Shown: in pieces, positions 35,149-44,064 of the stretch | Numbering within the stretch: position 1 is the stretch's first letter | Layout of the letters: each line of letters starts with the position of its first letter | From: a phage | Assembly: GCA_024614665.1 (NCBI GenBank) | Contig: GCA_024614665.1_4861.1 | Direction: 5' to 3' (one strand) | Length of the DNA: 64,000 nucleotides | Made by a program: the position numbers and the translations under genes | Notes under the pieces: model-generated | Seen by the model: only the letters and a program-made list of their open reading frames with translations | What the model was told of the DNA's origin: nothing | Databases searched by the model: none

Positions 35149-37890
35149 ATGGAAGATATTAGTAAATTAACGGGCGACCCCGCGGTAGCTGCCATACTGC
35201 GTAAGTCCACGAGCCCGTCGGCTCAGCAGCAACGCGGTAAGCGTGAAGATGGCGGTGTTACACCAACCCGTACAGAACTCACAGGTATCGCGAGTAGCCG
35301 CATTCGCACCGTTAAAAATGCCGAACGTATCTTTGATGCGCTCCCTGAGTTAGAGGTCATTGTTACCATCGCGACCTCCTCGCTCCTGTCCACAAAAGAT
35401 TTGATTAACACCACGCTGATTTACGACAACGTGGCGGATATCCCGATCGACCTGCGTCAACAGTTGTTAGAACCCGTGCGTGATTTCCATGACCACACGC
35501 GCCAGTTGCCCAACAAACTGTATCAGTGGATTTACGATGCACTGAAATCCAAAGGTGCGAGCCCAGTGTTGCTGATTTCAGATACCGGATTCGATGAACT
35601 CTTCGGCTTAAAGCCGTCTGTTGCAACCGAATCACTGCGCCGGAGCCAATCTGACTTCTTTGAACGTCAGTTGGGTATTCTAGGCAAGATTGGCGGTGAG
35701 AACAAACCGAAGGTTGGTGTAGAAAGTATTCTGGGCCGTGCACGTGGCGCTGACAAGCCCACCAAGCCACAAACCATTAAACTTAACTTTGCATCAGCCC
35801 CTAACAGTCCGTTTAAAGCAGACGGTATGTTAGCTTCCCTGGATATCGTTATCACCGACAACCCGCGTATTACCCTGTTACCAGAGGCTTATCGCCGTGT
35901 GGCACAGGAGAATGCTCGTACCGGCCTGTTCGGGCAGTTAGAGCAGTACGCATATGAACAACCTTCTACACCGACAGGTGCGTCAGCGTATAACGCTGAC
36001 CAGTTCACCGACAGCGAACAAGAGAAGGCAAAACTCGGTTTAATCAACATTGGCGACCTCAACGAAGCGTACCAGAAAACGCCTGAGCAAAAGCTTTACG
36101 GCGAAGTACCGAAGATGAGTTTCTCCGATGCTAACAAAATCGAATACACGGAACGATTACTGCCAGCAGAGTCCACACTCCCGCTCGTTATCGGCGACGA
36201 TGTTCGTAACCCCATAGGTTATCTGGCCATCGTTGACGAAATGGGTAACTTCATTAACTCGCGCTCCACACTTTACGGTGATGCGAACTTCATGAACTAC
36301 CTGAACAACGACGGTATGGTGGATTCAACAATCAACCGTGCAAATCTGGGGATGGGCAACACAACCCGAATCACACCAGACATTGCTAACCGCTTAACAG
36401 CGCGTTATGGTGAGATTGCTGAAGATCAGCTGACAAAAGCGTTGGGTGAGGCGTTGGGGGGTGCTGAGATTAGCATGACGGTAACCGAAACGTTCAGCCG
36501 TATCATGTTAGCGCGCCATCTGGCAAAACGTCATACGCAGGTTATTTATATTCCTGCGGAAAACCTTTGCTACTTCGCCACGGACTTTGATGAAGATGGC
36601 ATCGGTGTATCTATTACCGAACGTTCGTTCGTTATCTCTACTGTCCGTATGGCACTGTTGTTCGCTACCATGAACTCTGCGGTGTTAAACTCTGCGCGTC
36701 ACATGCAGTACGACATTGAGTTGGCACCAGATGACATGAACGGTCAGAAAACAATTGACCAGTTGAAAACAGACATCATGAACTCCTATAACCGTCGTCA
36801 ACCGATGTGGGGGGACATGAACGACACCTGGGCAATGACGACAAACGCAGGTATTGCGTTCAACGTTATCGGTAACGACTACTACGGTAGTACCAAAGTG
36901 TCTGTGTCGGATACCACGCCGGATTATAAATATCCGGATAAGGATTTCGACGAAGGTCTGTTACGCCGTACTTGCCATATCGCTGGTGTTGACCCTGACC
37001 TGGTAATGACCCCGGAGAACATCGAATTCGCTTCACAGATTTTCTCTAAATCGTTGCTGGTCACGCAACAAGTTGTTAAGAAGCAAGAGATTCTCTCTAA
37101 GCCACTGACGCGTTATGTAGTCAATGGGATGTTGGCCTCCCCGTCGTTACAATCAGCGATGATTAAAATCATTGCAGAGTATATCAATGCTAACGGCAAT
37201 GGGATGACTACTGACCAGGTTACGAAAAAGGTCTCTGAGTATCTGGCTGCCTTCATCAACGGTATGAAAGTAACCTTACCACCACCAGACACCTCAGCAG
37301 CAGCTTCGCAGATGGAGTTGTTCGATAAACGTACTGAGTTCTTTGAGAAGCTGGCTGATCTGGTTGTAACGGATGACATTGCTGCGCAACTTCAGCAGGA
37401 AGGCATCTCGATGGACCCGAACGATCTGAAGACGATGATCAAATCCTTCTATACGCGCAACTGGCTGCGTAAACAAGGCATTGAAACCGACTTCTTCGAT
37501 CTGGTTTACGACGATAAATCTCGTCAAGACAACATTACCATGATGACTGATGAAGCGATGGCTGCTTCGAAGACGCTGATTCAACTGGCGAAACGCTTTA
37601 CAGGTCGTCTGGAAACGTTGGCGAAAAATGCTGACCTTGACCCTAACGAATCTGCTGGCGGATTCAGTGGTGGTTTTGATGCGGGCGGTGACACCGGTGG
37701 CGGTGAAGGAGATCTCGGTGGTGGGGGTGACGATGATTTAGACCTCGATCTCGATACGGATGACGGAACCGACGGGGATAGTACAGGGGAAACGACTGAG
37801 TCGACCGAAACCACGGATACAACCACCGAGGGAACGGAAGGCACAGAAGACGAAGGGACTACCGACGACAACCCAGACAACGTCCTCTAA
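35149..37890 (+). CDS. large hypothetical protein, 913 aa, with acidic low-complexity C-terminal tail
   Basis: Long plus-strand ORF; GGAG SD 6 nt before ATG; C-terminal Gly/Asp/Thr/Glu-rich tail; UUCG hairpin plus U-tract terminator at 37918..37956. Confidence 0.65.
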   Translation: MEDISKLTGDPAVAAILRKSTSPSAQQQRGKREDGGVTPTRTELTGIASSRIRTVKNAERIFDALPELEVIVTIATSSLLSTKDLINTTLIYDNVADIPIDLRQQLLEPVRDFHDHTRQLPNKLYQWIYDALKSKGASPVLLISDTGFDELFGLKPSVATESLRRSQSDFFERQLGILGKIGGENKPKVGVESILGRARGADKPTKPQTIKLNFASAPNSPFKADGMLASLDIVITDNPRITLLPEAYRRVAQENARTGLFGQLEQYAYEQPSTPTGASAYNADQFTDSEQEKAKLGLINIGDLNEAYQKTPEQKLYGEVPKMSFSDANKIEYTERLLPAESTLPLVIGDDVRNPIGYLAIVDEMGNFINSRSTLYGDANFMNYLNNDGMVDSTINRANLGMGNTTRITPDIANRLTARYGEIAEDQLTKALGEALGGAEISMTVTETFSRIMLARHLAKRHTQVIYIPAENLCYFATDFDEDGIGVSITERSFVISTVRMALLFATMNSAVLNSARHMQYDIELAPDDMNGQKTIDQLKTDIMNSYNRRQPMWGDMNDTWAMTTNAGIAFNVIGNDYYGSTKVSVSDTTPDYKYPDKDFDEGLLRRTCHIAGVDPDLVMTPENIEFASQIFSKSLLVTQQVVKKQEILSKPLTRYVVNGMLASPSLQSAMIKIIAEYINANGNGMTTDQVTKKVSEYLAAFINGMKVTLPPPDTSAAASQMELFDKRTEFFEKLADLVVTDDIAAQLQQEGISMDPNDLKTMIKSFYTRNWLRKQGIETDFFDLVYDDKSRQDNITMMTDEAMAASKTLIQLAKRFTGRLETLAKNADLDPNESAGGFSGGFDAGGDTGGGEGDLGGGGDDDLDLDLDTDDGTDGDSTGETTESTETTDTTTEGTEGTEDEGTTDDNPDNVL

Positions 37891-37917
37891 ACAAAAAAAA
37901 GAAAAAGAAATAAGGTT

Positions 37918-37956
37918 TACCTCTCCCTTCGGGGAGAGGTACCTTTTCTTTTTTTA
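37918..37956. terminator. bidirectional UUCG hairpin terminator with U-tracts on both strands
   Basis: ACCTCTCCC-TTCG-GGGAGAGGT then TTTTCTTTTTTT on plus; A-run before it serves the convergent minus gene. Confidence 0.65.
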
Positions 37957-38256
37957 ATCTTCTGTAGCAGCTTTAGGTTTATTAACCAGTTCGTCGAGCA
38001 TGATACCAATCGCCAGAGGGTCGTTCTGGAAAGGTTCTAGCTTTTCCAATACCTTTGTATCCTTTGCTGCTTTTAACGCCTTCAGGAGGCCTTTACGGGC
38101 GTTATAGAAGATTTGCCAGCGACGCCCATGACTGATCGCGGTTTTGGCTTTGTGGAAGTCGGCTAAGAAAGCTTCAGTCGCTTTGTTTTCAGGTAACTCA
38201 AAGCGAAAACGCACACTACGCTCAAAATCCATGTTGACAACAATGAACTTTACCAT
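37954..38256 (-). CDS. hypothetical protein, 100 aa
   Basis: ORF track. Confidence 0.5.
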   Translation of the reverse strand: MVKFIVVNMDFERSVRFRFELPENKATEAFLADFHKAKTAISHGRRWQIFYNARKGLLKALKAAKDTKVLEKLEPFQNDPLAIGIMLDELVNKPKAATED

Positions 38257-38290
38257 GCTCGAACCTCATTATAGAGCTACTCTATAATAA

Positions 38291-38557
38291 TTACGCCAGT
38301 GTAATGTGGTACTTATCAATGTCAGGGAATCGCTCTTTGATCATCCCGCAGAACATATCTAGCACCGGATCAGTTTTTGCGGCCTTCTCCATCTCAGGAA
38401 AAACGCTACGCAGTGGCACGCCAGGGTTCTGCCCTGCCGTTTTCTTAAGCTCTTCTTTATACTTTGCCAACAGAGATTTAACCCCAGCTGTCTTCGGGAA
38501 GCCACACCCTGCGACCCCATCGTTTTCAAAATAGATTACTGCTTCAACACTAGACAT
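38291..38557 (-). CDS. hypothetical protein, about 88 aa
   Basis: ATG at 38555-38557 with AAGGAG SD. Confidence 0.5.
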   Translation of the reverse strand: MSSVEAVIYFENDGVAGCGFPKTAGVKSLLAKYKEELKKTAGQNPGVPLRSVFPEMEKAAKTDPVLDMFCGMIKERFPDIDKYHITLA

Positions 38558-38596
38558 TTTAATACTCCTTTTCATGATAAAATAAAAAATAATAAT

Positions 38597-38615
38597 AGGA
38601 GACCCGAAGGTCTCC
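38597..38615 (-). terminator. UUCG-loop hairpin terminator
   Basis: GGAGACC-CGAA-GGTCTCC with U-rich tract; downstream of 38623..40299. Confidence 0.55.
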
Positions 38616-38622
38616 GTATTAC

Positions 38623-40299
38623 TTAGTACAACACTGGTGCAGTTTTCTCACCATTGCTCAGAAGCAAGTAAGTGTGCTGCGGCAGCTGCATCAATACAAT
38701 TGCATGTGGCACGTTTTCCTGTACTGCTTCGTAGATAGACACAACCGGGTCTGCGGTATTGCCCAGAGACGCTACCGTAACTACGTCGTGTTTATCAACA
38801 GAATGGTACATGCCTGGAATCACGATGGTGAACTGGCTCTGAATCAGATTAACCACCTTGCCAGAATCGCTCAGCTTGATAGTCAGTTTGCGCAGAGAGT
38901 TTGCTACCATCAGGAACAGGTCACGGAACCAGTCTTCATATTCACTTACGCCGTTGTCGCCAGCGGTTGCTGTGAACAGATCTTTTACGAAGAAATCAAT
39001 ATCGCTGATTTTCCGTTCGAAATCGATAGCTTTGAACTTCGGCACATCTTTACCACGCTTAGTGCCCAGCGACAGCGCGTTGTGTACCAGGAAAGTGATA
39101 TTCGCCAGGTACGCATTAGCAAAGCGAGAAATTTCACTGATAACCACTTCTGCTTCGCTGCTGTTCGCAATCGCATATTCGTGCAGTTCTTTCGTGTTCT
39201 TACGCAGTTCATCGATCGTGCGTTTCACCTTAGCCATGATAGTTTCAACATCTTCTACCAACGCCAAGTTGTCGAGATCGGATTTCAGTGCGTCGTGCTT
39301 AGCAACGAATTGTTTCATGCGTTCGCACATGTCAGTGTTAACACCGACCAGATACGCGCGATAGCTATCCCGTGCACGCACAATCAGGTCAGCCCCGTCG
39401 TAGAAAACAACCTCTTCATTACCGTTAAAGATATCTTGCAACGGTGTAGCCCAATCACGCGTTTCCGCGTAAACAGATTGCTTAATGCGACTGTTAGCTT
39501 CCTTCGCTGGAATCGACATTTTAAGCTCGGGGGTTTTCAGCTCGTGAAGTGCGTAGTCTTCCATCAAATCAATCTCCTGCAGAATGTTGTTAATTGGGCC
39601 ATTGGTAGTGTCCTTCTCGGTTTCTTCTGTTGCGCCGAGTGGGGAAAGCACTGGGTTATTAACTGTAGCGTTAGACACCGGCATTGGTTGTACAGGCACC
39701 TGTGCTGGTTCAGGCTGGGGCTGTTGTGCTGTGGCTGGGACTACTTGCGCCGGTTGTGGGTTCAGGATAGGATCACTAACCAGGTTAAGACCTGCACCGC
39801 CAGCAATCACGGTTAGTGCCGCATCTGTGTTACCAATCTTAACACCGCCGGATGGCGCAGAAGACATGGTCAGGCCATCAGTAACACGGACACCGCCAGA
39901 ACTGTTACCGCCCAGTAACCCGCCTGCGTTGCTACCACCACCTAAACCACCACTGCCACCCAAACCGCCGGACTGCTGAGAACGAATTTCGGCAAGAATC
40001 TTACCGACTTGTTCCCAAGCATTAACCAGTTTGGTGTGACGATCGTCGTTATACGCGTCGCCCGCGTTATGCACCTGCTGATAGGCAGCTGCTTTATACG
40101 CGTCGACCGCATATGCGATAACCTGTGCTTCACTACCCCCTTTGGATGCTGCCCATGCCGCAACATACGTCGCAATCTTTAACGCCTGATCTGGCGGAAT
40201 GCTACGACTACGCATCACGTTATTCAACTGCGACAGTACCGCGTCCTGATCGAGGTGTTTAACGATGACGTTTTTGATTTGTTCAACAGTAATGCTCAT
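38623..40299 (-). CDS. hypothetical protein with internal Gly-rich and Pro/Gln-rich linker, 558 aa
   Basis: Long ORF; CTTAAGGAGTATT SD context; two folded regions joined by low-complexity linker. Confidence 0.6.
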   Translation of the reverse strand: MSITVEQIKNVIVKHLDQDAVLSQLNNVMRSRSIPPDQALKIATYVAAWAASKGGSEAQVIAYAVDAYKAAAYQQVHNAGDAYNDDRHTKLVNAWEQVGKILAEIRSQQSGGLGGSGGLGGGSNAGGLLGGNSSGGVRVTDGLTMSSAPSGGVKIGNTDAALTVIAGGAGLNLVSDPILNPQPAQVVPATAQQPQPEPAQVPVQPMPVSNATVNNPVLSPLGATEETEKDTTNGPINNILQEIDLMEDYALHELKTPELKMSIPAKEANSRIKQSVYAETRDWATPLQDIFNGNEEVVFYDGADLIVRARDSYRAYLVGVNTDMCERMKQFVAKHDALKSDLDNLALVEDVETIMAKVKRTIDELRKNTKELHEYAIANSSEAEVVISEISRFANAYLANITFLVHNALSLGTKRGKDVPKFKAIDFERKISDIDFFVKDLFTATAGDNGVSEYEDWFRDLFLMVANSLRKLTIKLSDSGKVVNLIQSQFTIVIPGMYHSVDKHDVVTVASLGNTADPVVSIYEAVQENVPHAIVLMQLPQHTYLLLSNGEKTAPVLY

Positions 40300-40330
40300 T
40301 GTAAATAATACTCCTTAAGAGATGTAATAA

Positions 40331-42109
40331 TTAGCGGCCGATTTTAGCAATGTCTTCTTCGGTCGGTCTGATGTACGGGTCCAGTTTAGGATTCCGCATC
40401 ATTACCAAACTTGGGTTGGTCTTCATGTACGGGTTGAGGATGTTTGCCTTAAACGGTGCCGACTTAGGAATATAGTAGACGTTACCGCATTCCAGATGCG
40501 ACGCGGATGCGTGCTTAGTACGGTCGTTCAAGTTAACGGTCTTGCCTCCTTTCTTCGAACGCTTAGCATCGGTTTCGGTTTGACCGATGGCGTGCGTAGA
40601 CACTGCCAATACCATTGATTCTGTAGAGGCATTGAAGAAACTGATACCGCCGTTGCTCGTAATGGTGCGCATCACCAGATTGAGCACGATCTGTTTGTTC
40701 AGTGCGTCTCGAATAGACTTCGCCGCTGTCTCTGGAGTCCGATGTTCCAACTGCCCCAGCTTCCAACGTATTTTCGAGATCGTTGTGGTAAAGCCACGTT
40801 GACCCAACAGTAGGTAATCGGTTACCGTGAGACGTTTTCCGTACATAGACGGAATATCATCTTGCTTGGTAAGTCGAGTGCGTACCATCAGCTGCGTGGT
40901 ATACCAGAGGAAATCAAACATATCCAAATCATCAGGGATGGACGGATCGTTTGCCATCAGCTCACCACGGAAGGTGCTGTTGACATAGCGTTCACATTCC
41001 TGGAAGTGGCTGTCCATACTGCGACTCAGTTCGATATCCGAAGGCTTCAGTCCGCGAATACTGCGGCCCAACACTTCACGCCAAGACGCTGCAGAGTTGA
41101 GGTTTGCAATATCTTCGTCCATTGCCATTTCATTAATCTGTGTAAACAGCCCCGGTAGTGTTGGTGCACGACCGTTCTTACTGTTCTGTTTACCTGCGTA
41201 GTAGTGCGCTGCTTTGAAGAACGCAGCAGTCGCTACCAGCAACAGATGTTCGTTTTGATCCCAACGCCCTGCATCGGTGTTAGGCATATCTTCACGTTTA
41301 ACCAACAATACGTACTGGATGGTCTTCGCGAGTTGTGGCTCACCAGATTGAATCACCACATACTTCGTTAAGTCCACATCACGCACTTTAATCGCTGGCC
41401 AAATCGCCACATCAACGCCCGCATAACGCTTCACGGCTTGTTTAAAGCCATAACGCCCAAAGAGCCAATACATCAGTGGCTTCTCATCTGTGTCGTGTCC
41501 AATCTGTCCAGTGGAGACAAACAGATTCGATGTACCCGGCAAGAACAGCTGCTCAGGGCGACCATTCACCAGAATCTTCGTTGGTTTCTTACAGAACTTG
41601 ATAGACACCTTGCGAGTGAAGTCAAAGTTAATAAAGATACCGCCGTGCTCACGACATATACCAGGTTGATGGATTACAGGTGCTACGTGGTACGTTGTAC
41701 CATAGTAGTTCATTAAGCCGCCACGACGAATAAACGGCAGGCTCATTGGTCGTTGCACCGGGCGAGGATCACCTGGAACTCGGAACGAGGCCATTACCAT
41801 ATACGTGTCAGTGGATGAGATGTTAATAATTGACCGGCCACGATTATTTCGTGAATTGTTATCCGACTTCGATAACTTAAAGATAAAAGCTTCAAACGGC
41901 GACATTTGGCGACAACCTAATACCGTTAACCCTTCTGGTAATTTCGGGTTATCGATTTCATCATACGTCAACTCACGACGTAGAATGGTTGCCACACGAT
42001 CATGTATCCCATCTTTAGCTTGTGTGTACCCAACTCCTTCTGCAATTGCACGATTAAAAGGCACTATTTCGCCTGCCTCTTTAATCTTCCTAATCGCATC
42101 TTTAAACAC
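40331..42109 (-). CDS. large hypothetical protein, 592 aa
   Basis: Long ORF track. Confidence 0.6.
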   Translation of the reverse strand: MFKDAIRKIKEAGEIVPFNRAIAEGVGYTQAKDGIHDRVATILRRELTYDEIDNPKLPEGLTVLGCRQMSPFEAFIFKLSKSDNNSRNNRGRSIINISSTDTYMVMASFRVPGDPRPVQRPMSLPFIRRGGLMNYYGTTYHVAPVIHQPGICREHGGIFINFDFTRKVSIKFCKKPTKILVNGRPEQLFLPGTSNLFVSTGQIGHDTDEKPLMYWLFGRYGFKQAVKRYAGVDVAIWPAIKVRDVDLTKYVVIQSGEPQLAKTIQYVLLVKREDMPNTDAGRWDQNEHLLLVATAAFFKAAHYYAGKQNSKNGRAPTLPGLFTQINEMAMDEDIANLNSAASWREVLGRSIRGLKPSDIELSRSMDSHFQECERYVNSTFRGELMANDPSIPDDLDMFDFLWYTTQLMVRTRLTKQDDIPSMYGKRLTVTDYLLLGQRGFTTTISKIRWKLGQLEHRTPETAAKSIRDALNKQIVLNLVMRTITSNGGISFFNASTESMVLAVSTHAIGQTETDAKRSKKGGKTVNLNDRTKHASASHLECGNVYYIPKSAPFKANILNPYMKTNPSLVMMRNPKLDPYIRPTEEDIAKIGR

Positions 42110-42120
42110 ACCGGCCTCCC

Positions 42121-43125
42121 TCAGAGAATCATCCCAACGAGTGCTACCCCTGCAGCCAAATACGCGGGAATGGATTTCAAGAACTCCGAGCTATCTTTTC
42201 GCTGATAAGCTCGGGACTCGTATTGGTCTTTACGAACATCGGAACGCAACTTAAGCTCATTCGTCTGGATTGCGTTAAGGGTGTTAATCCTCTCCTTCTC
42301 CAGCGCCAGATTATTAAGTTGCGTACGATAATCGAGGTCTTGCCGATTCTTTTTCTCATCGAGATCTTGCAACTTGGCCTGATACGTGGCTTCCAGCTTC
42401 GCACGAACATCTCGCAACTCTGGAATGTTATCGAGCCACCGATAACGCCTCGCTTCTTCTTCAGATGCAAACGCCCGGAACGGGGACATCGGGTCATCGA
42501 AAGCGTACATTATCATTTTACCCCCTTCGACACACTCCGCACCACCGATTACCATGTAAATACCCTCGTCGTAATACTTCGATCGAATCGGTTCGACTTC
42601 CAACATCGTTGTATAGAACCTCAGCCACTTTAAAGGTGCTGGGTCTTCGTACTTCTGCACAACTACCACGCCCAAGGCAAATTCTTTACGATCCCCTCCT
42701 GGCTTACCAATAACCTCAGAATCGAGTTTTACTGGTTGAGTAGAGAAAGCCATTCCTAGCTTTTTCAACACCACCAAGTCGCCTCGCATTAACGCACCGA
42801 TATCATCAACTACATACATCAGCGTTGTTTCGCCGTTCGTAGTTAATTCCTTACATATCTGCGCATACTGCTTTGGCGAATGTGCGTCGCGCAAACCAGA
42901 TAGGTTAGCACCGTTCGCAAACACCGTATAGGTCACGTAAATCACAATCCCAAATTCCGCCGCTGTGGTGGACGACGGGGCTAAAACAAAATGCCCGCCA
43001 CTGAGTTCAGTGACGTAAATGGGAAACCCGGTATTATTTTCGTACGTGATAGTCTTCGACACGGCACCACGGTGCATGGGCCGCTGGGTTAGCGTTGGCT
43101 GAACGTCTAAATCATAACGGTTCAT
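42121..43125 (-). CDS. protein with coiled-coil region and C-terminal TM anchor, about 335 aa
   Basis: ATG at 43123-43125; C-terminal IPAYLAAGVALVGMIL; downstream of class-2 promoter motif. Confidence 0.55.
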   Translation of the reverse strand: MNRYDLDVQPTLTQRPMHRGAVSKTITYENNTGFPIYVTELSGGHFVLAPSSTTAAEFGIVIYVTYTVFANGANLSGLRDAHSPKQYAQICKELTTNGETTLMYVVDDIGALMRGDLVVLKKLGMAFSTQPVKLDSEVIGKPGGDRKEFALGVVVVQKYEDPAPLKWLRFYTTMLEVEPIRSKYYDEGIYMVIGGAECVEGGKMIMYAFDDPMSPFRAFASEEEARRYRWLDNIPELRDVRAKLEATYQAKLQDLDEKKNRQDLDYRTQLNNLALEKERINTLNAIQTNELKLRSDVRKDQYESRAYQRKDSSEFLKSIPAYLAAGVALVGMIL

Positions 43126-43166
43126 TGAGCATCCCAGTAATAATACCAAAAGAATTATTCACGTAG

Positions 43167-43183
43167 ATAATATCTATCTCAGA
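43167..43183 (-). promoter_or_regulatory. class-2 promoter-like motif
   Basis: mRNA sense CTGAGATAGATATTATC; upstream of 42121..43125. Confidence 0.4.
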
Positions 43184-43191
43184 TTACTTTG

Positions 43192-43216
43192 GGCACGGGT
43201 TCATACCCAGTGCCCG
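43192..43216 (-). terminator. hairpin (imperfect)
   Basis: GGGCACGGGT...ACCCAGTGCCC downstream of 43231..43929. Confidence 0.35.
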
Positions 43217-43230
43217 TAACGTAAAAAACT

Positions 43231-43929
43231 TTAGGGTATTAGGCGTTGGGCTATTTCGCGGAGTTGGTCGCGGGTTAAATCAGCCAACTTCTGGTCGCCG
43301 AAGCCCAACTTCAGACCCAGCTCGTACCCAGCTTGCGGATACGTGTTCGTGTTTGCTACTGAGAGGAGTGCATCGGCTATCTTTACCATCGTTAACTCGA
43401 GAGACGCATACGGGGCGGGGATCGGCTGATTCACGATTTGGTAATTATAACGCACTGCGGCGTTATCGTAGTCAAACTCCATCCTTCTGCCGAGAACGTT
43501 AAACGACTCCGCAGAATAACTACCAAATGGGTGATTGGCTTTTTCCCACAAATCTTTCCGTTCAGTAAACCCAGTCGCGAAGTTCTGACGTATGGTGTCG
43601 AATATTTGCGTTGCCTGGCTAGGGTGTATATTTTTCAGCTCATTGTAGTCGTAGTCGGCGATGGAATATAGAGTGAACACAACACCGTTTATATTTAACT
43701 GCGGATAATCCATCCGCAGACTGTCATCACCTTGTAAATGAAGTTCCCACATCCTTACCCACTGCAATATCGCGCTTACCGCATCGTGACTGAGATAAAA
43801 ATTAGTAGGTTCTTCAGGATTTTCACGGAAGGGAACAGAGCATTCCGATACAAAAAAGCCGGCTGCCATAAATCCTCTGCCGTCGAACATAGGCGCAACT
43901 AATCTTGATTTTTCTAAATTGATTACCAT
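43231..43929 (-). CDS. hypothetical protein, 232 aa
   Basis: ORF with TTAAGGAG SD; downstream of class-2 promoter motif. Confidence 0.6.
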   Translation of the reverse strand: MVINLEKSRLVAPMFDGRGFMAAGFFVSECSVPFRENPEEPTNFYLSHDAVSAILQWVRMWELHLQGDDSLRMDYPQLNINGVVFTLYSIADYDYNELKNIHPSQATQIFDTIRQNFATGFTERKDLWEKANHPFGSYSAESFNVLGRRMEFDYDNAAVRYNYQIVNQPIPAPYASLELTMVKIADALLSVANTNTYPQAGYELGLKLGFGDQKLADLTRDQLREIAQRLIP

Positions 43930-43970
43930 TACTGTCTCCTTAAGTTAAAACCGAACGACTCTCTCCCTAA

Positions 43971-43989
43971 GATAATATCTATCTATAAA
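43971..43989 (-). promoter_or_regulatory. class-2 promoter-like motif
   Basis: mRNA sense TTTATAGATAGATATTATC; upstream of 43231..43929. Confidence 0.4.
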
Positions 43990-44006
43990 TTTTTAGAAAA
44001 AAAGAA

Positions 44007-44030
44007 AAAGCTTACTCCCCGAAGGGAGTA
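44007..44030 (-). terminator. UUCG-loop hairpin terminator
   Basis: GCTTACTCCC-CGAA-GGGAGTAAGC with U-run; downstream of the 766-aa gene. Confidence 0.65.
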
Positions 44031-44064
44031 AGCTAATCTTAGGCAACGTAATCCTTACGGATTA

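Noticed and set aside
36560-36600. DFDEDG sequence in the 913-aa protein resembling the RNA polymerase beta-prime NADFDGD metal-binding motif
   Set aside because: Surrounding sequence shows none of the other conserved beta-prime blocks; a single short acidic motif is insufficient, so no RNA polymerase call was made.
32954-42109. Assignment of the large proteins to portal, terminase, or RNA polymerase subunits
   Set aside because: No Walker A/B terminase motifs or polymerase signature blocks were found by eye; size alone is not enough, so they are reported only as large hypothetical or structural-like proteins.
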